Origin: an uncultured Sphingomonas sp.
GTDB taxonomy: Bacteria; Pseudomonadota; Alphaproteobacteria; Sphingomonadales; Sphingomonadaceae
DNA: 64,000 nt
Assembly (NCBI RefSeq): GCF_964250165.1
Contig: NZ_CAXUEK010000004.1
Coordinates: forward strand, 2,660-66,659
Direction: 5' to 3'
The translations under genes and the position numbers were made by a program. This document shows positions 19,623 to 28,940 of this stretch, in pieces. Within the stretch, counting starts at the first letter, position 1. Every line of letters begins with the position of its first letter. The notes under the pieces are model-generated. The model was not told the origin of the DNA. It saw only the letters and a list, made by a program, of their open reading frames with translations, and made no database searches.

Positions 19623-20498
19623 CTACACATCCAGCTGCCTCACCGCCGCGTTCCACGTCCGGATGTTGGCGCGCGCCTCCTGCACGAAGGCCGAGCGCTT
19701 CACGACACCGAGGAAGGCCTCGGCAATCCACTTGCCCGGATGGCGCAGCGGCCGCGCGAACTGGACCAGCAGCACCACGCGCGTGCCGCTCGTCTCGTTC
19801 CAGACCTCGTGATGGTAGGTGTCGTCGAACACCAGCGTTTCGCCCTCCGCCCAGCGCACCACGCGGTCGTGGACGCGCATCCGCACGTCGCCGTCGGTCG
19901 GCACGATCAGCCCGAGATGGCAGGTGATGAGCCCCTTGGTGACGCCGCGATGGTCGGGAATGTGCGTGCCCGGGGCCAGGATCGAGAAGAAGGCGCTGTT
20001 CAGGCCGGGGATGCGCGCCACCAGCGCCGCCGTCACCGGACAGCGATCGGCATTCTCGTCGATGCGATAGCCATAGCCCCACAGGAAGAAGGATCGCCAC
20101 TTGCCGATCTCCGCGATTGCGCGATGATCGGGCGAGATGGTGGCGAGCGACGGCGCCGCCTGGCCCTTCAACGCCACCGCGATCGCCTCGTCGCGCACCG
20201 CGCGCCAGTGATCGCGCAGCAGCTGCGTCCAGGCGAAGTCGCGCATGTCGAGCACGGGATCGTTGGGCACCAGCGAGCCCGCGGCGATCAGCCGGTCGAA
20301 CAGCCCGCGCAGGTGCTTGCCGACGCGGATCACCAGCGGCCGGCCCGTCTGCGCCGCCATTGGCGCGCCCGGTGCCGGGGCGCCGGCAATGATCGTAATG
20401 TCGGGCATCAGCGCTGTACCTGCCTCGGCCGACCGCCACATCGCGGGACTCGGCTGGGCATGGGCGGTCGCGCTCGTCATCCTGATCCTCGAAGCCAT
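19623..20498 (-). CDS. Aspartyl/asparaginyl beta-hydroxylase domain protein (LpxO/OlsC-like 2OG-Fe dioxygenase)
   Basis: AFFSILAPG.HIPDHRG, CHLGL.VP, FDDTYHHEVWN...R.VL; start codon uncertain (20498 or 20408). Confidence 0.85.
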   Translation of the reverse strand: MASRIRMTSATAHAQPSPAMWRSAEAGTALMPDITIIAGAPAPGAPMAAQTGRPLVIRVGKHLRGLFDRLIAAGSLVPNDPVLDMRDFAWTQLLRDHWRAVRDEAIAVALKGQAAPSLATISPDHRAIAEIGKWRSFFLWGYGYRIDENADRCPVTAALVARIPGLNSAFFSILAPGTHIPDHRGVTKGLITCHLGLIVPTDGDVRMRVHDRVVRWAEGETLVFDDTYHHEVWNETSGTRVVLLVQFARPLRHPGKWIAEAFLGVVKRSAFVQEARANIRTWNAAVRQLDV

Positions 20499-20567
20499 CC
20501 TCGGCGGGTGCCGCTAATGGCGATGTTGGACCAAATCATGGCGGCGAACGCCGCGCGACGCTGCAAT

Positions 20568-20870
20568 CTATTTCAATAGCTTGGGCGCTTCCCGCGCGAT
20601 CGCGGCGCGCAGCGGCGCGGCGAACAGCGAGAGCAGCGCGGGCAGGTCCACCACTGCATGGACGTGACGCTCGAACACCTCCGCGGTGCTCTTGATCGTC
20701 TGGCCCATCGCCTGCACGGTGAAATGCAGCGTGTCGCCGTCCCAGCGGTGCTGCACCTGCGCGCCGCCGGGGATCTTCTCGCCCAGCCGGCCGATGCCGC
20801 CCTCCAGCCGCGCGCGGACGCCCGCCTTGCCGAGCTGGTGGGGGATGTCGAGCGAGATGGGCTGGGTCAC
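20568..20870 (-). CDS. Polyhydroxyalkanoic acid system family protein
   Basis: MTQPI..DIPH.LGK...R.R, W.GD.L.F.V.AMGQ pattern; 100 aa. Confidence 0.8.
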   Translation of the reverse strand: MTQPISLDIPHQLGKAGVRARLEGGIGRLGEKIPGGAQVQHRWDGDTLHFTVQAMGQTIKSTAEVFERHVHAVVDLPALLSLFAAPLRAAIAREAPKLLK

Positions 20871-21298
20871 GGGCGCGGCTCCTTGGCGAATAGCTGCTGG
20901 TCGTCGGCGAACGCCTTGAATTCCAGCGCGTTGCCGCTGGGGTCCTGGAAAAACATGGTCGCCTGCTCGCCGGTCTGGCCCCGGAAGCGGATGTGCGGCG
21001 CGATGCCGAAGCGGACGCCGGCCGCCTGCAACCGCCCCGCGAGCGCCTCCCAGTCCGACATCGCGAGCACCACCCCGAAATGCGGGACGGGCACGTCATG
21101 CCCGTCGACCGGATTGACGACCGCGACCGGCTGCGCGGCGGGATCGAGGTGCGCGACGATCTGATGGCCGAACAGGTCGAAATCGATCCAGCCCTCGCTC
21201 GACCGCCCTTCCGGGCAACCGAGCACGCCCCCGTAAAAGGCGCGCGCGGCGGCGAGGTCGTGGACGGGGAAGGCGAGATGGAAGGGGCGGGGCGACAT
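20867..21298 (-). CDS. VOC (glyoxalase/dioxygenase) family protein
   Basis: [54 protein letters not shown]. Confidence 0.92.
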   Translation of the reverse strand: MSPRPFHLAFPVHDLAAARAFYGGVLGCPEGRSSEGWIDFDLFGHQIVAHLDPAAQPVAVVNPVDGHDVPVPHFGVVLAMSDWEALAGRLQAAGVRFGIAPHIRFRGQTGEQATMFFQDPSGNALEFKAFADDQQLFAKEPRP

Positions 21299-21314
21299 CC
21301 AACGGGTCTTACAC

Positions 21315-21400
21315 AATCCTCCCCGGTGCGCCCAGACCGGAGCCCCCGCCACCAGGCCGGCTGCGCCGTCATGGTCCCCCTCCCCGTCCCGGGGAGGATT
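21315..21400. repeat. Family A MITE-like element, internally deleted copy
   Basis: AATCCTCCCCGG / CCGGGGAGGATT terminal inverted repeats and ATGGTCCCCCTCCCCGTCCCGGGGAGG right arm shared with the 27.5, 43.8 and 57.1 kb copies. Confidence 0.75.
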
Positions 21401-21415
21401 GGCTAAGGGCCACCC

Positions 21416-22945
21416 GTGCCCCCCGCCCTCGCCTGTCTCCTGCTCGGCGCGCTCGCCGCGCTCGGCTTCGCGCCGCTGCAGCTGTGGCCGTTGACGCTCG
21501 CCGGGCTCGCGGGCTGGCTGGCGCTGGTCCACGCCGCGCCGACGCGGCGCGCGGCGATGTGGCGCGGCTGGCTGTTCGGGGTCGGCCATTTCACGGTCAA
21601 CGACAACTGGATCCAGCACGCCTTCGATTTCCAGGACGCGATGCCGCCGGTGCTCGGCTACGGCGCCGCGGTCGGGCTGGCGCTCTATCTGGCGCTGTTC
21701 CCGATGACGGCGGCGGCCATCGCGTGGTCGGCGCGCGGGCGGCGGCCGGACGCCGCCTTCGCGCTGGCCGCCGGCGCGGCGTGGATCGCGACCGAATGGC
21801 TGCGCGGGCGGCTGTTCACGGGCTATCCGTGGGACCCGATCGCCGCGATCTGGGTGCCGGTGCAGCCGATCGCGAGCGTGGCGGCCTGGGTCGGAACCTA
21901 TGCGCTGAGCGGGGTGACGGTGGCCGCCGCGGCGCTGCTGCGCTCGATCCCTCGGCGGCCTCGGCCGCTCGCCGCGGCGATCGGTGTGCTCGCCGCGCTA
22001 TTGGCGGCACAAGCGTTCAGCTATTCCCAGGGCACCGCCAGGTCGCCCCCCGACAGCTACCCTCGCCTCGTCGTTGTTCAGCCCAACGTCAACCAGAACG
22101 CGCGCGGCGACGACGATGCCGAGCCGATCCTGCGCCGACTCCTCTCGCTGTCCGGCGGGCCTGCCCCCTACCCGCGCCTGATATTGTGGCCCGAAGGCAT
22201 GGTGCGCGACTATCTCGAAGACGGCTATCCCTTCTGGATCTACGGCGGCCGCTATCCCTGGCGTATCCGCCCCCGCCTGGCGCGGGTGCTGGGCGCGCGC
22301 GACACGCTGCTGGTCGGCGCGACGCCGCTGCGCTTCGGTGCGGGCGAGGAGCCGGTCGGCGCGGGCAACGCCGTGCAGGCGATCGGCCCCGATGCGCGGC
22401 TGCACGGCCGCTACGACAAGGCCCATCTGGTGCCTTATGGCGAGTATCTGCCGATGCCCTGGCTGCTGAAGCCGCTCGGCCTCGCCCGCCTCGTGCCGGG
22501 CGGCCTCGACTTCGATCCCGGTCCCGGCCCGCGCGCGATCGACATCCCCGGCATCGGCGCGGTGGGCGTGCAGATCTGCTACGAGATCGTCTTCTCCGGC
22601 CAGGTTGTCGACCGCGCCCAGCGCCCCCGGCTGATCTTCAATCCCTCCAACGACGCCTGGTTCGGCCGCTGGGGCCCGCCGCAGCACCTGGCGCAGGCGC
22701 GGCTGCGCGCGATCGAGGAAGGGCTGCCGATCGTCCGCGCGACGCCGACCGGCATCTCGGCGGTGATCGGCGCGGACGGTGCGCTGCTTGCGCAGCTGCC
22801 GCTCGGCCGGACGGGGACGCTGACCGTGCCGCTGCCCCAGCCCTCGCCGCCGACGCTGTTCTCCCGGCTGGGCAACCGGCTGGCGCTCGGTGTGGGACTG
22901 CTGCTCGCCGCCGCGGCCGTTGCGTTGCGCCGCCGCGCCCGCTAG
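21416..22945 (+). CDS. lnt: Apolipoprotein N-acyltransferase
   Basis: [47 protein letters not shown]. Confidence 0.95.
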   Translation: MPPALACLLLGALAALGFAPLQLWPLTLAGLAGWLALVHAAPTRRAAMWRGWLFGVGHFTVNDNWIQHAFDFQDAMPPVLGYGAAVGLALYLALFPMTAAAIAWSARGRRPDAAFALAAGAAWIATEWLRGRLFTGYPWDPIAAIWVPVQPIASVAAWVGTYALSGVTVAAAALLRSIPRRPRPLAAAIGVLAALLAAQAFSYSQGTARSPPDSYPRLVVVQPNVNQNARGDDDAEPILRRLLSLSGGPAPYPRLILWPEGMVRDYLEDGYPFWIYGGRYPWRIRPRLARVLGARDTLLVGATPLRFGAGEEPVGAGNAVQAIGPDARLHGRYDKAHLVPYGEYLPMPWLLKPLGLARLVPGGLDFDPGPGPRAIDIPGIGAVGVQICYEIVFSGQVVDRAQRPRLIFNPSNDAWFGRWGPPQHLAQARLRAIEEGLPIVRATPTGISAVIGADGALLAQLPLGRTGTLTVPLPQPSPPTLFSRLGNRLALGVGLLLAAAAVALRRRAR

Positions 22946-22952
22946 GCGGCAC

Positions 22953-22974
22953 GATATAAAGCTTTCCTTATATC
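22953..22974. promoter_or_regulatory. Palindromic operator upstream of metK, SahR-like
   Basis: GATATAAAG-CTTT-CCTTATATC, an AT-rich near-perfect palindrome 18 bp before the metK ATG; resembles the ATATAAAG-N4-CTTTATAT alphaproteobacterial SahR site as I recall it. Confidence 0.6.
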
Positions 22975-22992
22975 CCATCCTCACGGGGTCCC

Positions 22993-24222
22993 ATGCGCCA
23001 GAACTTCCTCTTCACCTCCGAATCCGTCTCCGAGGGCCATCCCGACAAGGTCGCCGACCAGATCAGCGACGCGGTCGTGGACCTGTTCCTCGCCACCGAT
23101 CCGGAGGCGCGCGTCGCCTGCGAGACGATGGTGACGACGCAGAAGATCATCCTGTCGGGCGAGGTTCGCTCCTCCGACCGGTCGCTGATCGACGAGAAGG
23201 GGAACCTCACGGCGGAGGGCAAGCGCCGGATCGAGGCCGCCGCGCGCGACGTGGTCAAGGCGATCGGCTATGAGCAGGAGGGCTTCCACTGGCAGACCGC
23301 CAGCTTCGACAACAACCTCCACGCCCAGTCGGCCGAGATCGCGATGGGCGTCGACGAAGGCGGCAACAAGGACGAGGGCGCCGGCGACCAGGGGATCATG
23401 TTCGGCTACGCGACCGACGAAACGCCCGATTACCTGCCCGCCACGCTCTATTACTCGCATCGCATCCTCGAGCGGATGGCGGCCGACCGGCACAGCGGCG
23501 CCGCCCCGTTCCTCGAGCCCGATGCCAAGAGCCAGGTGACGCTGCACTATGAGAACGAGAAGCCGGTGCGCGCCACCGCGCTGGTCGTCTCGACCCAGCA
23601 CAAGCGCGGCTACGCCGAGAAGGGCGAGCACGCCGACCTGGCGAAATATGCCGAGCTGCGCGCCTATGTGGAAGGCGTGCTGAACGATGTGCTGCCGGAG
23701 GGCTTCATCACCGAAGAGACGGCGACATACATCAACCCCACCGGCGCGTTCGAGATCGGCGGACCGGACGGCGACGCCGGGCTGACCGGGCGCAAGATCA
23801 TCGTCGACACCTATGGCGGCGCCTCGCCGCACGGCGGCGGCGCGTTCAGCGGCAAGGATCCGACCAAGGTCGACCGCTCCGCCGCCTATATCGCGCGCTA
23901 CATGGCCAAGAATATCGTCGCGGCGGGGCTGGCCACGCGCTGCACGATCCAGCTGTCCTACGCGATCGGGGTCGCCGAGCCGCTGTCGCTCTATGTCGAC
24001 ACGCACGGCACCGGCACCGTCGAGGAAGCGCGCATCGAGGAGGTGCTGCCACGCCTCGTTCGCCTGACGCCCAAGGGCATCCGCACCCACCTGGCGCTCA
24101 ACAAGCCGATCTACGCCCCGAGCGCCGCCTACGGCCATTTCGGGCGCACCGCCGACGGCGATTATTTCACCTGGGAGCGCACCGACCTGGCGGACAAGCT
24201 CAAGGCCGCGCTGACGGGATGA
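22993..24222 (+). CDS. metK: S-adenosylmethionine synthetase
   Basis: [55 protein letters not shown]. Confidence 0.98.
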   Translation: MRQNFLFTSESVSEGHPDKVADQISDAVVDLFLATDPEARVACETMVTTQKIILSGEVRSSDRSLIDEKGNLTAEGKRRIEAAARDVVKAIGYEQEGFHWQTASFDNNLHAQSAEIAMGVDEGGNKDEGAGDQGIMFGYATDETPDYLPATLYYSHRILERMAADRHSGAAPFLEPDAKSQVTLHYENEKPVRATALVVSTQHKRGYAEKGEHADLAKYAELRAYVEGVLNDVLPEGFITEETATYINPTGAFEIGGPDGDAGLTGRKIIVDTYGGASPHGGGAFSGKDPTKVDRSAAYIARYMAKNIVAAGLATRCTIQLSYAIGVAEPLSLYVDTHGTGTVEEARIEEVLPRLVRLTPKGIRTHLALNKPIYAPSAAYGHFGRTADGDYFTWERTDLADKLKAALTG

Positions 24223-24226
24223 CGGC

Positions 24227-24336
24227 CGTGCCGGCCCTGGGCCGGCGTCCATGTCGAGGGTGGTCCGATCGGCCGTGCCCCGACGACAAGGGTCGGAACA
24301 GACTGCGGCGGACCTCGGCACCCGGCCGGGGTGACG
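24227..24336. repeat. REP-like inverted pair (family C, GTCACCCCGGCC-GCCGGGGTCCA type), degenerate
   Basis: CGTGCCGGCCCTGGGCCGGCGTCCA facing GGACCTCGGCACCCGGCCGGGGTGACG. Confidence 0.65.
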
Positions 24337-24365
24337 CAGGAAGTGGCGCTCGGTAGAGGCCGAGC

Positions 24366-24968
24366 ATGCCCGTTCGCCAGCTCTTCGCCACGCCCTTCTA
24401 CGAAGGCGCACTCGACGATCCGGCCCTGATCGCCGAGCTGGAACGCTCCGTCCGCGCGCTGGCGCGGGACGACGCCGCCGGGCGCCGCTGGGCGCGCGAC
24501 CACGCGTATCGGGGCTATACCTCCTATGCGTCGCTGAACGACCTGCCCGTCCGCGACCCCGCCTTCGCCGATCTCCGGCGCCGGCTCGACCGCCACGTCG
24601 CCGCCTTCGCGCAGGCCTGCGCCTTCGACCTGGGCGGGCGGCGGCTGAAGCTCGACAGCCTGTGGGTCAACCTGCTCCGGTCCGGCGGTGGCCATGCCGC
24701 GCACCTCCACCCGCACAGCACCGTCTCGGGCACCGTCTACATCGCCGTTCCGCCGGGCGCGGGCGGGCTGAAGCTGGAGGACCCGCGCCTCGCCATGATG
24801 ATGGCCGCCCCGCCGCGGCGGCCGGATGCGCCCGAGCCGCTGAAGACCTTCGTCGAGGTCACGCCGGCGCCCGGCGCGGTGTTGCTGTGGGAGAGCTGGC
24901 TGCGCCACGAAGTCCCGTCGCGCAGCGCAAGCGGCGAGCGGATCAGCGTCAGTTTCAATTATCGTTGA
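24366..24968 (+). CDS. TIGR02466-type putative 2OG-Fe(II) oxygenase
   Basis: Y.GYTSYASL.DLP, W.N.L..GG.H..H.HP....SGT.Y, WESWLRHEVP, RISVSFN. Confidence 0.85.
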   Translation: MPVRQLFATPFYEGALDDPALIAELERSVRALARDDAAGRRWARDHAYRGYTSYASLNDLPVRDPAFADLRRRLDRHVAAFAQACAFDLGGRRLKLDSLWVNLLRSGGGHAAHLHPHSTVSGTVYIAVPPGAGGLKLEDPRLAMMMAAPPRRPDAPEPLKTFVEVTPAPGAVLLWESWLRHEVPSRSASGERISVSFNYR

Positions 24969-24983
24969 GCGCGGGCCCGCCCG

Positions 24984-25550
24984 TCAGAAGCGATACAGCG
25001 CCGTCACCCGCATCAGCTGGTTGATCGGCATCGCCGGCTGACCGCGGTCGAGCTCGGCGGCGACGCGCGAGGCGTTCAGGCGGCCGATGCGATCGGGCAT
25101 GGGCGTGATCTTGCCGATCACGAAGCCGGCGTCGATGCCCAGCGACAGCCCGTTCTCGACCGGGCGACCATAGCCGACCAGCATCGCCGGTGCCATGCGG
25201 CGGCTGGCGCGCAGGCCGGGCATCCGGAACGCCGGCAGGTAGCGCAGCGGCTCCGAGTCGAGCAGGTGCGGCCGCCCGGCGCGCCCGAACAGCCTCGGGC
25301 CGCCCGAGAAGTGCAGCTTGCCGCCCGCGATCGGGAACAGGTCGATCATCGCGCCGCCATATCCCGTCGCCAGCATCGAGCGCGGATCGTCGACCTGGAA
25401 GATGGGGTTCGCGGGCACCGCAATCGGCTTCAGCCGGAACTCGGCCGCCGGATGCGGCTTCGCGGGCGACAGTTGAACGCTGGTCGGCGCGGCCCCCAAG
25501 GCCGGTCCCCCCATCGCCACGATCCCTAGCGTTGTCGCCGCAAGCCGCAT
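24984..25550 (-). CDS. Exported hypothetical protein, outer-membrane beta-barrel-like
   Basis: Signal-like N-terminus, alternating strands (AMIDLFP, APAMLVGYG, LSLGIDAG), terminal YRF. Confidence 0.6.
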   Translation of the reverse strand: MRLAATTLGIVAMGGPALGAAPTSVQLSPAKPHPAAEFRLKPIAVPANPIFQVDDPRSMLATGYGGAMIDLFPIAGGKLHFSGGPRLFGRAGRPHLLDSEPLRYLPAFRMPGLRASRRMAPAMLVGYGRPVENGLSLGIDAGFVIGKITPMPDRIGRLNASRVAAELDRGQPAMPINQLMRVTALYRF

Positions 25551-25749
25551 GATCGCCCCCGATCCGCCGCGACGCCGAGTCTCCGGACGCCGTCGTGAGC
25601 TTCGTGTCATAAAGTGAACGGGTCGTCATCCGGTCAGCCCGGCCGGTTGCGACCAGATGTGCCGAAACGGGGCTAAACCATCATTCTGGCGTCGTCGCGC
25701 GCCAGCCCGTAAAGGCGCGAGCCAGTTTCCCGATCAGGACCGTTCACCC

Positions 25750-26850
25750 ATGGGTTTCCGCTGCGGCATCGTCGGCCTGCCGAACGTCGGCAAATCGACC
25801 CTCTTCAACGCCTTGACCGAGACCGCGGCAGCGCAGGCCGCCAACTATCCGTTCTGCACGATCGAACCGAACGTCGGCGCCGCCGCCGTGCCCGACGAGC
25901 GACTGACGGCGCTCGCGGGTCTCGCTCATTCGGCCAAGGTGATCGAGACGCAGCTCGGCTTCGTCGACATCGCCGGGCTGGTGCGCGGTGCGTCCAAGGG
26001 GGAGGGACTCGGCAATCAGTTCCTCGCCACCATCCGCGAGGTCGACGCCGTCGTTCATGTGCTCCGCTGCTTCGAGGACGGTGACGTGACGCATGTCGAG
26101 GGCAAGGTGGACCCGATCGCCGACGCCGAGACCGTGGAGACCGAGCTGATGCTCGCCGACCTGGAGAGCCTGGAGAAGCGCGTTCCTGCGCTCGCCAAGA
26201 AGGGTCAGGCCGGCGATAAGGAGGCCAAGGCGGCCGCGCAGGTGCTCGGCCGCGCGCTGGACCTGCTGCGCGACGGCAAGCCCGCCCGGCTGGCCGACGC
26301 GCGGGATCCGGAGGAGGCGCGCCTGCTCGACCAGGCGCAGCTGCTCACGGCCAAGCCCGTCCTCTATGTCTGCAATGTCGACGAGGCGGACGCGGCCAAC
26401 GGCAACGCGCTGTCCGCGCGCGTGTTCGAGAAGGCCAGGGCCGAAGGTGCCGAGGCGGTGGTCGTCTCCGCCGCTATCGAGGCGGAGATTGCGACCATGC
26501 CCGCCGTCGAGCGCGGCGAGTTCCTGGCCGAGCTGGGCCTGACCGAAACCGGTCTCGCCCGCGTCATCCGCGCGGGCTATCGGCTCTTGCACCTCCTCAC
26601 CTTCTTCACCGCCGGCCCGAAAGAGGCGCGCGCCTGGACCATCCCGGTCGGCGCCAAGGCCCCGCAGGCGGCCGGTGCGATCCACTCCGATTTCGAACGC
26701 GGTTTCATCCGCGCCGAAACCATCGCCTACGACGATTACGTCCGGCTGGGCGGCGAGGCAGCGGCGCGCGAGGCGGGCAAGCTGCGGAGCGAGGGCAAGG
26801 ATTACGTCGTCCAGGACGGCGACGTGATGCTGTTCCGCTTCAACGTGTAA
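25750..26850 (+). CDS. ychF: Redox-regulated ATPase YchF
   Basis: GIVGLPNVGKSTLFNALT, NYPFCTIEPN, DIAGLVRGAS.GEGLGN, C-terminal YVVQDGDV..FRFNV. Confidence 0.98.
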   Translation: MGFRCGIVGLPNVGKSTLFNALTETAAAQAANYPFCTIEPNVGAAAVPDERLTALAGLAHSAKVIETQLGFVDIAGLVRGASKGEGLGNQFLATIREVDAVVHVLRCFEDGDVTHVEGKVDPIADAETVETELMLADLESLEKRVPALAKKGQAGDKEAKAAAQVLGRALDLLRDGKPARLADARDPEEARLLDQAQLLTAKPVLYVCNVDEADAANGNALSARVFEKARAEGAEAVVVSAAIEAEIATMPAVERGEFLAELGLTETGLARVIRAGYRLLHLLTFFTAGPKEARAWTIPVGAKAPQAAGAIHSDFERGFIRAETIAYDDYVRLGGEAAAREAGKLRSEGKDYVVQDGDVMLFRFNV

Positions 26851-26879
26851 GGGGGCAACGTGCCCCCTTGCCGATCAGA

Positions 26880-27263
26880 TCAGGCGGCCTTCTTGCGGCT
26901 ACGCTTGGGGGCCGCGGCGGCCTCCGCGTCCTCTTCCTCGTCATGCTCCTCTTCGCCGGCCTCGCCGAGTGCCGCGCCGAGCTCTTTCAGCTTGTCGCCC
27001 TGCTTGTCCGCCTTGTCGGCGATCCTGACCGTCGCTTCGCCCAGTCGATGCAACAGCGCGTGGATCCGATCGGCGTCGGGTGTGGCCTTTTCCAGCTGCT
27101 TGCGCAGCGCGGTCAGGTCACGGAGAATCCCCTTCGCGCCCGCTACCTCGGTCTCGGCCAACGCCGCCTCCCAATCCTCGATCAGGTGGGCGCCCTTGTC
27201 GGGCTTGGTCGACTCCAACCCGCGATTGATCGCGTTGATGGTGCCTGCGAACTTGATAGCCAT
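26880..27263 (-). CDS. Hypothetical helical protein with acidic-then-basic tail (127 aa)
   Basis: AGAGGAG RBS, highly expressed-type codons, amphipathic helices, EEEHDEEED...KRSRKKAA tail. Confidence 0.8.
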   Translation of the reverse strand: MAIKFAGTINAINRGLESTKPDKGAHLIEDWEAALAETEVAGAKGILRDLTALRKQLEKATPDADRIHALLHRLGEATVRIADKADKQGDKLKELGAALGEAGEEEHDEEEDAEAAAAPKRSRKKAA

Positions 27264-27409
27264 GACCTCTTCTCCTCTGGATCGAGGGCGCAACGAGGGC
27301 ACCGACGCCGGAGGTCCGCGTCCGAACCGGATTCGTTCACCCCGGCAACACAGGGCAACGGTTCGCGTGATCGGCGCGCCGCAAGCGGCACCGCAGCGGT
27401 GAGGGGGAT

Positions 27410-28819
27410 ATGAGCGCCCCTCTCGCCCTGCTGCTCGCGCAGGCGATGCCGGGCATGGACATGGCGCCAGGCTCCTCCCCGGCACGGGAAGGGGGACCGC
27501 CGGCGAAGCCGGTGGTGGAGGGGGCTCCGTCAGGAACCGTGTCGCGCGCAACCGAGCCCCCTCCACCGTGCGCTGACGCGCATGGTCCCCCTCCCCGTCC
27601 CGGGGCGGACAGTGATTGCGCTGGCCGTCAGATGACGATGCCCGGCATGGCGGGCGATCAGCGCATGGCGATGAGCATCGGCGGGGGAGCATACGAGTCC
27701 GGCTCGGGCACCGCGCGCGTGCCCGCGGCCGAGGGGCCGATGCGGGGGCAGATGATCCATGCCGGCGGCTGGATGCTGATGACGCACGGCTATGCCTGGG
27801 GCGTCGTCACCGATCAGGGCGGCCCGCGCGGACAGGATGAAGCCTTTATCACCTCGATGGCGATGCTGATGGGCGACCGCGACCTGTCGGATCGCGTCCA
27901 CCTCCAGCTGACATCGATGCTCAGCCTCGATCCGCTAATGGGGCCGCGCGGCTACCCCAACCTGTTCGCTACCGGCGAGACGGCGGACGGACGGCCGCTG
28001 GTCGATCGGCAGCATCCGCACGACCTGTTCATGGAGCTGTCCGGCCGCGTCGATTACCGGCTGGGCGGCAAGGACAGCCTGTTCCTCTATGGCGGCCCGG
28101 TCGCGGAGCCGGCGCTCGGCCCCGCCGCCTTCATGCACCGCGGTTCGGCGCGCTATCTGCCGCTCGCACCGATCACCCACCACTGGTTCGATTCGACGCA
28201 CATCACCTATGGTGTCGTCACCGCCGGCTATGCGGGGCCGCAGCTTCAGCTGGAGGGCTCCGCCTTCCGCGGCCGCGAGCCCGACGAGCATCGCTGGGAC
28301 ATCGAGGCGCCGGCGCTCGACAGCTGGAGCGTGCGCGCGACCTGGACGCCCTCGCCGCACTGGGCCGCACAGGTCAGCCACGGCCGGCTCCACAGCCCGG
28401 AAGCGCAGGAGCCCAACGCCGACGAGCGCCGCACCACGGCGACGGTGAGCTACGCGGCCGGCGGGCTGACCGCGATGGTGGGCTATGGGCTGAAGGCGAA
28501 GCTGCCCGGCCGCGCGCTGCCGGCCTGGATCGGCGAGGCCGCATGGGAGATCGGCCGCCACCATACGCTGTTCGGCCGGATCGAGCATGTGAAGAACGAC
28601 GAGCTGTTCCCGGACCCCGCCGATCCGCTGCACGACCGGCCGTTCCGCGTCACCAAGGCCGAGGGCGGCTATGCCTATCGCATCGCGCTGGCCGGGCCGC
28701 TCGGCATCGCGCTGGGCGGCACGCTCGCCGGCTATGCGAAACCCGCCGCGCTCGACGCCGCCTATGGCAACGCGCCGGTGAGTTGGACGTTGTTCGGCAA
28801 GCTGGCGGTCGGACTATAG
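27410..28819 (+). CDS. Conserved exported protein with Met/His-rich N-terminus, probable metal-associated outer-membrane protein; carries an in-frame MITE
   Basis: MPGMDM/MTMPGM repeats, DRQHPHDLFMELS, PITHHWFDSTHIT, FRGREPDE; beta-strand-rich C-terminus. Confidence 0.8.
   Translation: MSAPLALLLAQAMPGMDMAPGSSPAREGGPPAKPVVEGAPSGTVSRATEPPPPCADAHGPPPRPGADSDCAGRQMTMPGMAGDQRMAMSIGGGAYESGSGTARVPAAEGPMRGQMIHAGGWMLMTHGYAWGVVTDQGGPRGQDEAFITSMAMLMGDRDLSDRVHLQLTSMLSLDPLMGPRGYPNLFATGETADGRPLVDRQHPHDLFMELSGRVDYRLGGKDSLFLYGGPVAEPALGPAAFMHRGSARYLPLAPITHHWFDSTHITYGVVTAGYAGPQLQLEGSAFRGREPDEHRWDIEAPALDSWSVRATWTPSPHWAAQVSHGRLHSPEAQEPNADERRTTATVSYAAGGLTAMVGYGLKAKLPGRALPAWIGEAAWEIGRHHTLFGRIEHVKNDELFPDPADPLHDRPFRVTKAEGGYAYRIALAGPLGIALGGTLAGYAKPAALDAAYGNAPVSWTLFGKLAVGL
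27472..27610. repeat. Family A MITE-like element inside a CDS
   Basis: CTCCTCCCCGGCACGGGAAGGGGGACC ... GGTGGAGGGGG / CCCCCTCCACC ... GGTCCCCCTCCCCGTCCCGGGGCGGA nested inverted repeats. Confidence 0.85.
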
Positions 28820-28827
28820 TGATGCGC

Positions 28828-28940
28828 CGTCACCCCGGCCCGGCGTCGGGGTCCAACGAGGAACGAGGATCGCGGTCCGGATGATGCACGAACCTTCGCT
28901 CCCGGCCCGGCTCGGATCCCGGCTCAAGGCCGGGATGACG
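28828..28940. repeat. REP-like inverted pair (family C) overlapping the 5' end of the phosphodiesterase gene
   Basis: CGTCACCCCGGCCCGGCGTCGGGGTCCA facing GGATCCCGGCTCAAGGCCGGGATGACG. Confidence 0.8.

Noticed and set aside
27330-27366. EcfG-like promoter upstream of the 127-aa protein
   Set aside because: CGAAC-N17-GGGGT lacks the CGTT/GTT -10 element; too weak to call
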